The translations under genes and the position numbers were made by a program. 64,000 nucleotides of DNA from Lingula anatina (Eukaryota; Animalia; Brachiopoda), in the NCBI GenBank assembly GCA_051362555.1, contig CM120643.1, positions 19,968,848 through 20,032,847 of the forward strand, written 5' to 3'. Within the stretch, counting starts at the first letter, position 1. Each line of letters opens with the position of its first letter. Below, piece after piece: positions 12,134-64,000 of the stretch. Under the pieces are notes generated by a model. That model was not told where the DNA came from. It did not search any database and was given only the letters and a program-made list of their open reading frames with translations.

Positions 12134-13699
12134 GGGGGCAATGTACCCAAATATGGCTAAAAATCGTCGTTTTAGGTTTTTTATGTCTAATTATTGGTTA
12201 AATGTGTATCTAATGTTTAACAGAATAAGATTTTTACATTTTGAACAAAAAATATGTTTTTTTGTGAGGATTCTGATGCTGCACACATCGGCACCGGTGG
12301 CCTGGTCTATGCCCTGCCTTCATTGTCAAGGGCCGTTGGCATGGGTAAACTCGGTGGGGGGACCTTAGCAGCATCAGCACGACTAGAGAAACAATAGAAC
12401 AGTGATGCGCCATACCCCCTATGTCATAAACAGCGATCGGCAAAGCATTGCCTATAGTTCTGCTTAAGCCGTTTTGATAGTCGCTCTTGATTGTGATCAG
12501 TGCTAAGATGGATCTTTTCTAACACATTGGATTTGCTTGAAATAAGCGTTCTCCCTTAAACTTCTTGTTGTTACACGCGCTCTTTTGATTTTCTTGTTAA
12601 CTAATAAGATATGAGCTGGAGAATAAGCCCTAGCATTTTAAACGTACATGCTGGTATACCGCGAGGTACAGGTCTGGATGTATGTACACACTTTCAAGGC
12701 CTACATGGTGCTTTTTTCTTCAACAATTATCCCAGAATTTTACACGAGTCACCCAACTTTAGACATTTCCTCTAACAAAGCCTTTCTGGTTGCAACTATT
12801 TCTTGTTGTTGATGGTCCGATCGGCATCCTGTAACACGATCGTGTTTTCGAACCATTTTTCGTTAGGCGAATGTGGACAAGACCGCCTGTGATGCTGCTA
12901 TTGTATGCACATCCTAGAGTGCATCCCTAACACTTGCCCCGACGTCAATTGACGTGATTGGTTGAATAGTTAGAGCATACTTAATTGCCTGTCAATCATT
13001 CTGGCAGTGCTAGCAGTAACCCCTTGAAGTTACTAACAGGAGGTGTGATTGATACAAAAATAAGATTTTCTGACATCCAAATGCATACAAACAGGCTAAT
13101 TTCAACCGGCAATAGAGTACCCATCTTGGCGATTGTCAGAACGATAACAGGTTAAGCTATCAAAAATTTAATTTGCTATTTTGGACAATTAACCTCCATG
13201 AAAGGGTTTTTGCTCGTTTTCTTCACTTTCAAGATTGACGAAATAGCGTTATCAGAATGAGCTATAAATGTCTACCTGTACACCTGAGGGAGACCAAATT
13301 CACCATGCTAATTAAAAAAAGGATGATTGATCTTCTCTTTTCCAATTTATTGACTTTGAAAGTGAGAATTCCTTAATATTTTGATGTAATTTCACATTTT
13401 TATAGATAAAATCAACAATAAATCTCTAAAGAAAAATCCCCGACTCCCTTTTGTAGTACTTTGTTCAAGTGTTATAATACCATTAAAAGCATGTTTATAG
13501 CTGTCCAGGTGCCTGAGAAAATCTGGTGTTTAAAAATGGTGTTTTTGTCCCCAAAATCCCAATATTACGTCACACGATGAAGTTGGAGCTGTGTTTCAAG
13601 CATAATTAGATGTTTTGAAGATACATTAAATGAATATGACAGGAATAAAAAAGCTACGACTTTTATTTTAAGATAAAATCTCTAACCTACACTGCCCCC
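12134..13699. mobile_element. Kolobok-like non-autonomous DNA transposon
   Basis: TTAA on both sides (12130-12133, 13700-13703); TIR GGGGGCAATGTA / TACACTGCCCCC (11 of 12 match). TTAA TSD with RR..YY termini is the Kolobok signature. Confidence 0.75.
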
Positions 13700-13724
13700 T
13701 TAACATCCTTGTCTGCATTATTAA

Positions 13725-14066
13725 AGAGATAATAACTCTTTGTATGAGATCCATATTTCACAATAAAAACATTGTGAACAACTCATAGAAATATAATATA
13801 TTCTGTTTTACCACAAAAATGACAGTTATAGCTATTACTCTGATATCTGAGCTTGTCTTTAGACCACGTGACCTCCACTGATGGCTATACTCTGTTATAA
13901 TCTCTTAAGAGATTATAACAAAAAAAAAAAAAAAAAAAGTTTTTAGAAAAAAACAGGGACTAGCATTGAATGTAAAAATGGACTCATTAACCATTGGTAT
14001 GTATGGGAAAATTGTTGTTTACTCCAGGAAAATTCATTTTTTTGGCCAAAAAGTGTTATTATCCCT
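13725..14066. mobile_element. TTAA-flanked about 340-bp MITE (Kolobok-type); other copies 31943-32247, 50437-50800, 59964-60287
   Basis: TIR AGAGATAATAAC / GTTATTATCCCT, TTAA flanks, four similar copies in the window. Confidence 0.8.
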
Positions 14067-14994
14067 TTAATTTCTGAGATGGTAGATCTACATACTGTAA
14101 GTCGTATAAAGATAACAGAGATTAAGATACCTGATTTTAGAATATAACAGATGTTAGAAGTTATACTTAGACATAAAAATGGGCTGCATTATGGAGGGTG
14201 TATAAAATCATTAAAGATTATATGTATTTTTTTTTATTCTATCAATATGTTATGTACAAATTATACTTAGGGAGGCTACCATCTATAAACCATTCTGGCA
14301 ATTCCCTCAGTACACATACTGCTGCTTCTCTTGCGGTTTGACAAGAGCACTGGACACAGTGTGTAACTGTACAAAAAAGAACGGATTATATGCCCCCCTT
14401 AATGTGACATACTTTTTTACATAAGTTCTCATTCAGCATTCCTTTTTGTTGGTACATTATGGCCATTTTTCCCAGATAAGTTTATGAAATTATGTGGATT
14501 TATTTCTACATGGTATCTTTTCAAAGAAAAAAAATCTGTATTATGAAAAATTAACATGCAATGGGATATATTTGGTAAAGAAAGAAGCAGGTATGTGTCC
14601 AGGCGCATTTTGCCAAGGGTCATATACAAGTCAAGAAAGTTGCTGCAATCAATGACAATGATACGCATGCACGAGCTCAGTAAAAATGACAGTAATCAAA
14701 TCCAAGGAAATTTCTAAATGACAAACAGCTGAGACTAAACTTAATAGATGGATTAGGGTGGGAGGTGGTGGGGGCGGGAAGAAACATGTACTGGTGCTCT
14801 AGCTAGCATGCTTTATTTACCTCGTCTCTAAATCCACTCATGGACTAGCTTATTTATTTTAAAAATTTAATTGCCTCCTCCTCCCCCCATTACAAACACA
14901 CACACCTCCCCATGAACATGTGGAATGCACACCTAATGTGAAGAGCAAAGAGAGTATGGATACTTGTCCAATATTCACTACAACATATACCAAA

Positions 14995-15152
14995 CAGGGC
15001 CGTAGCCTGAGCAAAATGCCAGGGGGGGCAGTAAGCGGACACGAGGGGGCGAAGCCCCCGAGGGGGGAGGGGGTGTCCCCCTACCAGTGTGGAAACTTCT
15101 AAATCCCAGGGGGGGCAGCTGCCCCCCCTGCCCCCCGGAGGCTACGGCCCTG
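14995..15152. mobile_element. CAGG..CCTG MITE with 5-bp TSD (CCAAA)
   Basis: TIR cagggccgtagc / gctacggccctg flanked by ccaaa on both sides. Confidence 0.8.
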
Positions 15153-15359
15153 CCAAAGTGCGCCAATTATTTTGGAAAAAAAAACTCTGGGAGATCATGC
15201 TTTCGCGAAGACTTTATATGTTAGTTTTTTTTTAAGTTCCCATTTTCATTAAATTTTCACCAACATATTTTCTGCACAAGACAAAAGGGCACATGCAATT
15301 CGAAAGAAAAAAAAAACGCGACTGATTATCAAAGATAATTTCAATCAAAACATCCTCAC

Positions 15360-15810
15360 CTGTTAGAACCTCAATACCTCAACTTGTTTTCTTGGTTGGG
15401 CTGTTCAAGTTCCTGTTCAAGAGCCATGCACACTTTAAAAGCCTAGTGCTGTCATTTCAATGTTCTGTCTATAACTTTAATGATCCTCTTCCGTTACCAA
15501 TTGTAAACAATTAGCCATGTTAGCCAGAAAAGATCAATTTGCTGTATATTTTCCCGGAGCAATGATCTAGGATGACACACCACGTTTTCACTTTTCAATA
15601 TTCTGCGCGTTGGGCCAAGAGAAGAGTCCACTATTCCAAGGGGAGTTGGGATGGCCGTCTGCCACTCAGTTCTCAGACTGTCGAAAAATGAGGCAAAATA
15701 AATGGCTAAATAACTTGACGAGTGAACATTTAAAGCACTTTTCTGAGCTTACTGGGATTTTTTTCCGATTCCAGTAACGAAGAAGGCATATTTATGGCAG
15801 TGAGGTGAGA
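15360..15810. promoter_or_regulatory. Putative bidirectional promoter with the first (non-coding) exons of both genes
   Basis: Locally CpG-richer segment between a minus-strand donor (CAG|gtgagg near 15360) and a plus-strand donor (GAG|gtgaga, GT at 15805). YY1-like ATGGC motifs face outward on each side. Confidence 0.5.
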
Positions 15811-16743
15811 TTCGTATGACCCTTAATTAGAATGGTATTAGGGATCACGGTAACAAGCATTACGTAATAGTTTAATCGCCCTTTTAAAACTCGGTAGTCG
15901 TATTTTGGAGCAGGGGCATTTATGAATTTCATATTGTAAAAAAAGATCAGTAACTGTACAATATGATATTCCAAGTTTGTCTGATAAACACGTACGTGAA
16001 TAGATTTGTCCCCAAATTACATCGTATCATATTAAAGCGCTTTATTCCTCTTTTATAAGCGGATTGGCGACAAACTATACATTGTATGTAGTATCTCTAC
16101 TTGTACTATCTGACGATTTGGTGCACTGGTAGTACCCGGTAGTAGTCTATTAAAAAATTATTGTGCTCACGCTTTAATTTTGTATACTTTTTTAGAGGCC
16201 CCTGATATCAGAAGATGCTCTACTTGGGGTTCACGGCGGCAGCAGATGATCACATAATATACTCAGTACATGTATAACTTGTGCGGTGGAAAAAGTGAAA
16301 CACTGAGATAAAGCATGACAGCATTTTCCTACAAAGGTAAAAAAGATAAAATATTTGAATTTGTTAAAAGTAAAAATGAAATAATAATGATAATTATAAT
16401 AATAATTTCTACAAAAATAATATAGTTATAATGAAATGATTAAAAGCGTATTAATGTTGTTCATGAAAGAGGAGGTATATTTTACACACAAACTAAGAAT
16501 TAAGCCTTATTAAGGTTCCAAGAATAAATATAGTATGAATGATATGGTTGAATAAACTATAGGCTATATAGGAGTCATTATATATCAACTTACAAGCAAA
16601 TGAAGATAAATACAGAAAAATTGCCATCTTGGACGGTGCACTATTTTTCATAGTCTGTTAGGTCATAATTCAGGATGGGAATTTTAAGAGTCGGCTGTAC
16701 AGTACCATAATATCATAAGTTTTACATACAGTACTATAATATG

Positions 16744-16915
16744 CAGGCCCCTAGCCAGGGGGGTTCGGGGGGTTTGAAAGAACCCCCCTTTTTGCTGGAA
16801 AAAGGTCCACTCTGGGTAAAATTTGACCTAGGTACATGGGGATTATATGGTAAAAGGTCCACTTTTTCAGAAAAAGACCCCCCCCCCCCCTTTGAAATTG
16901 CTGGCTACGGGCCTG
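16744..16915. mobile_element. CAGG..CCTG MITE with 5-bp TSD (ATATG); copies 28283-28416 (TATAA), 29192-29358, 49528-49689 (TTGGT)
   Basis: Shared core aaaaggtccactctgggtaaaattt..ctagg, TIRs and 5-bp direct flanks read from the sequence. Confidence 0.8.
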
Positions 16916-17926
16916 ATATGCTAAGTTTTAGATACAGGATTATTTTAAGGGGGGGGGGGGGGGGTGCGTTGTTTGTAGGAAAGATAGGCCTCTGATGTGA
17001 AGCCACCCCTGGCCCCCTTGGCCTGAGGTTCGGGGCCCACTCAAGGGTCCAAAATTTGTGATTTTATTTCAGAAAAGGAAGAGGGGAGTCAGGAGGTCCT
17101 GAGCAACCCCCCCTCCCCCATAAAAAAAGATCTGCCACTGAATCTGATAACTGGAAATTAATCCACAAGGAAGGTTATCAGTAATTAATCCTCTGGCTTT
17201 TTGAGTCACTGGGAAATAAAAATGACCAAGGCATGATAGTAGCAATAAATTTATTATTATTTAAAGAGACATGACGGTTATGCTGTTGTTCCGATTATCT
17301 GTATCAGATTATCACCATATTGGTTATCAGTAAGTGCTATTGTTTGCTTTTCACTGTTGATACTTGACGCCAGCTAGCTAGGAGAGCTTTAATGTGGACA
17401 ACACTTAATTGGAAAGTTATTATAATTTCTGATTCATGTTCTTGTAGGTGAGCACAATTTTGTTTATATTTAAATATTTATAATTATACCAAGATATACT
17501 TGGAAGATGTAATAGCTTGGCAATCATAATTTTAGATATCGGTAACTCTGTTTAAGATCAGTTATATTCATTCACGTTAAATTTTGCACATTGACTGGTT
17601 CTATTAGAAACTGTGATTGAGTTAGCTTTCGAATTTTCCAGCTGACTTTAACTGGGGGTATAGTTACATAGTATACATTCAGATAATGAGTATACAGTGC
17701 ATGGTGTATCACAAGACATGATCTGGTCCAATAATCTCTGTTCTGGCACACTTAAAGCCAAGCACTGTAGGGTCATTAAGTGTTCTGTAGATTTAACAGG
17801 CTGAAGATGTATTCACAACTGAAATAACTCGAAATGGAAAAAAATCAGTAATTTAATCACCCAAGGATCACATTGCTATAAACAGCATATCAAAATTTCT
17901 CAAATGAGATAGGGTCTCCCATGGAA

Positions 17927-18129
17927 GAGGGTAGGGAATACCTTTTGCGTCCTGTGTGATTGGCCTTATTTTTCAAGTGTGATGCGTTATTTGAGCCCAA
18001 TATTCTGTATGAAACGTAATTCAGGAATTCTTGATGATTGGTGATTGGTCTGAATATATCTTGGTGATTGGTGATTAAGCTGTTTTAATCTTGGTGATTT
18101 GGGGTGTGTGTGTGTTATTCCCTACCCTG
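17927..18129. mobile_element. MITE with 6-bp TSD (ATGGAA)
   Basis: TIR gagggtagggaata / tattccctaccctg flanked by atggaa on both sides. Confidence 0.7.
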
Positions 18130-18569
18130 ATGGAAAGCAGTTTTAATGTCTCTACGTATACATAATATGGATACAAACATGTACATATTTAGTCTAAGTT
18201 AATCTAGCTGTAAATGCGTCTGGGTATCAGTGTTGAATAAAATTAGCAGCAAAGAGATAAACAAGGGGCCATAATTGAAGTCGCTACAAATACATTTTGT
18301 ACTCAAATTAAGTTTGTTCATGTGAGATAGGGTTGAGATCGAGTTACAACTGGAATACTAGCTGGCAGAGTCATTCAATTGTCTTTCCTTGAATACAGGT
18401 ATCTAATAGAGTGGCTGCGGAAAAGATCAGAAACTGAGTACGTATACTTGATTGCACATTTGAAAAGGATTACCAATACCAATGATAATTTTGCTCAGTG
18501 CCATTTCCTGGACAGTATTCTTGTAGCTCTGTCACTGTGGTACAAACATAAACACACAGCTTGTCAAAT

Positions 18570-61964
<43,395 letters not shown>

Positions 61965-62191
61965 ACCAAAGTTTTTTTTTTCCAGCACTAAATTTCTCTT
62001 TCTCCAGACATTTTGCTGTGTATTTGGTAGAGGTGCACCAAATGGGAACTTTGCTCAATGCAAAGATCGAATACCCTTATGCGGGTGTGCATACGGAATT
62101 GACTCAATCTTTTGAATGGGGATAATTTAACAAGCCTACAGATATATAATTTTGGTATCATTAAAAATACTTGAATCATTTGTGGTGCTTT

Positions 62192-62956
62192 GACCGCATT
62201 CACAACGATTTGAGCCAGGCTTTACAAATCCTGGGACTAAATATGGCAGACGTACATGAAAAGAAAACGGTCTAATCTTTTAATAGTCTCTCTGCCTCTC
62301 ACACGCCTCCCCACACGTCGTCCCTGCGGGGTACAGTCATTAAATCTTGGCTCCGTTCGCCATGCGAAAGCTACCTGAGAAATATTAAGTGCGTATGCTC
62401 ATCAATTAAACGAGGTGAAGAAAGCATGGCGGATGGAGGGGATCGAAGGAAAAAAGCTCTTCTGTTCTATTATCTTTCAAAAAGGAGACGAAAAAGAAAT
62501 GAATTGGCCCGTAGAGCAGCAATGAATCGGCTATCTACGGAGATAATGTCACCAGAGATATTCACGGAGATACCCAGCCCCAGTAGACGAAGGAGGAGGA
62601 GGGCAGAATTTTTGCCTATGCAGTCTCATCAGAGGGCGCCGTTCGTTCTGATGCTGATGTTTGCCTTGTTTCCTATGCCTAATCGAACTGGAAGGGGGGG
62701 GGGGGGGGGTGTTTTCACGATTTTGATCCCGATTCATAGCTGCTCTACGAGCCAATTCATTTCTTTTTCTCAGGTAGCTTCCACATGTTGAACACAGCCG
62801 AGATTTAATGACTGTACCCCGCAGGGACGACTTATGGGGAGGTGTGTGAGAGTCGGAGAGACTTTTAAAAGATCAGGCGGTTTTCCTTTCATGTACGTCC
62901 GCCATATTTAGTCCCAGGATTTGTAAAGCCTGGCTCAAATCGTTGTGAATGCGGTC
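62192..62956. mobile_element. Harbinger-like foldback element with about 165-bp arms (TTT TSD)
   Basis: gaccgcattcacaacgatttgagccagg.. / ..cctggctcaaatcgttgtgaatgcggtc with TTT flanks and additional internal inverted segments. Confidence 0.82.
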
Positions 62957-64000
62957 TTTCACTGTATATAAGGTAGCCTGTATTTTAATTTTGTTGCTAC
63001 TGTTCAGTGGGAATGTTCTTAATTTAAGAATTTATGACTTCAAAATACAGTATCTGTAAAAGTCACAATTTTCCCCATTTAAAAATTGAGTCACTACTGT
63101 AAGTTATGTGACCAAAAACCAAAAGTCCAAGTGTAATTGGGCAAGCTGAGGCTAATGACGGGTAGATATATGTCATTCAGCTGACAGATTGTTCAACATA
63201 CAATAATTGAACATTTATAAGTATAATCATTATATTTAAAAACGTAATCATTCAAAGGTATATATTTAAAGGTATAGGGAGGGCCTATTTGCAATGTTTG
63301 CATCCTTCTCAACACAAACTGGTTTGAGTAGATGCCATTTACATATACAAAATTTGGCAATTGCAACCAGGCAGGACAGGCCCATAATATACAGACTTTC
63401 TGGTCTTGTTACAGAAAAAATCACGAGTTGTGTAGGTGTAATAGTTCTTGTTCTTAGTTCTTGTACATCATTACAACCATTGAACAGCTCTGGCCATTTT
63501 TGAAATGAAATCAATTTTGTGATAAATTTGCATTAGGAAGTAAATATACGTAATTTATCAACCATGGATGTTCATGGCAGAAAGAAGTGGTTATTATATT
63601 AGATTGCCCAAAATGTTTTTGGGGGAATTTAGATATAAGTGGAAAAGTATTGAAAATAGAATGAAATCTTTTATCTTGGTGTATTTAGCAGGGGTGGATT
63701 CAGAGATATTTTCTGACAGTCTTCCAAATTATCTTTGTTGATCCATCCTCCATTTTTAGATACCCATCAATATAAATTTCAAAATCTGTCTTCTGGAAGA
63801 CCCAGAAGTTGACCTCAATCTGCCCCTGTTTAGTGTGTATATTTCATAACATATTGCTTTAAAATGGTTGAAATTGGAGAAGATATGAAGAAAACAATTT
63901 TGTTCCATCTCAAATGCTTTAATTCAATTCATGAGGATATACAAAAATAACAATTATGATGAAATTCTGTACAAACTTATGACTTCTATTCTTCTTGCTC

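Noticed and set aside
15360-15430. MALEQELEQPNQENK as true N-terminus of the zinc-finger protein
   Set aside because: It hits a stop before the gtgagg donor, and the internal AG|gtattg donor is out of phase with exon 11398.

Overview
AT-rich, intron-rich animal genomic DNA. Gene content and repeats point to an invertebrate, probably a mollusc or other lophotrochozoan (inference). Three protein-coding genes can be reconstructed by reading splice sites and checking exon phases. (1) Minus strand, about 15.5 kb down to at least 2.8 kb: a large, mostly low-complexity C2H2 zinc-finger/AT-hook protein with a 5,000-bp exon and two HCF-1-binding-type motifs; it probably continues beyond the window start. 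(2) Plus strand, head-to-head with gene 1: a formin of 23 coding exons (about 1,322 aa) with two N-terminal PH-type domains, an acidic insert, FH1-FH2 and a C-terminal PH domain, i.e. PH-containing formin (PHCF) architecture. (3) Antisense, inside the 19.7-kb formin intron: a 267-aa secreted prepropeptide with three YCSxS[LMI]GCI disulfide-ring repeats ending in RF-G-K, RY-G-KR and QY-G-K. It looks like a neuropeptide or hormone precursor that I cannot assign to a known family, and it is the most interesting element here. Introns hold many non-autonomous DNA transposons (Kolobok-like with TTAA, Harbinger-like with 3-bp TSDs, hAT-like with 5-6-bp TSDs, Helentron-associated), an L2 LINE 3' end, and minisatellites, one of them amplified from an exon end plus its splice donor. 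No tRNA, rRNA or CRISPR array was recognised.
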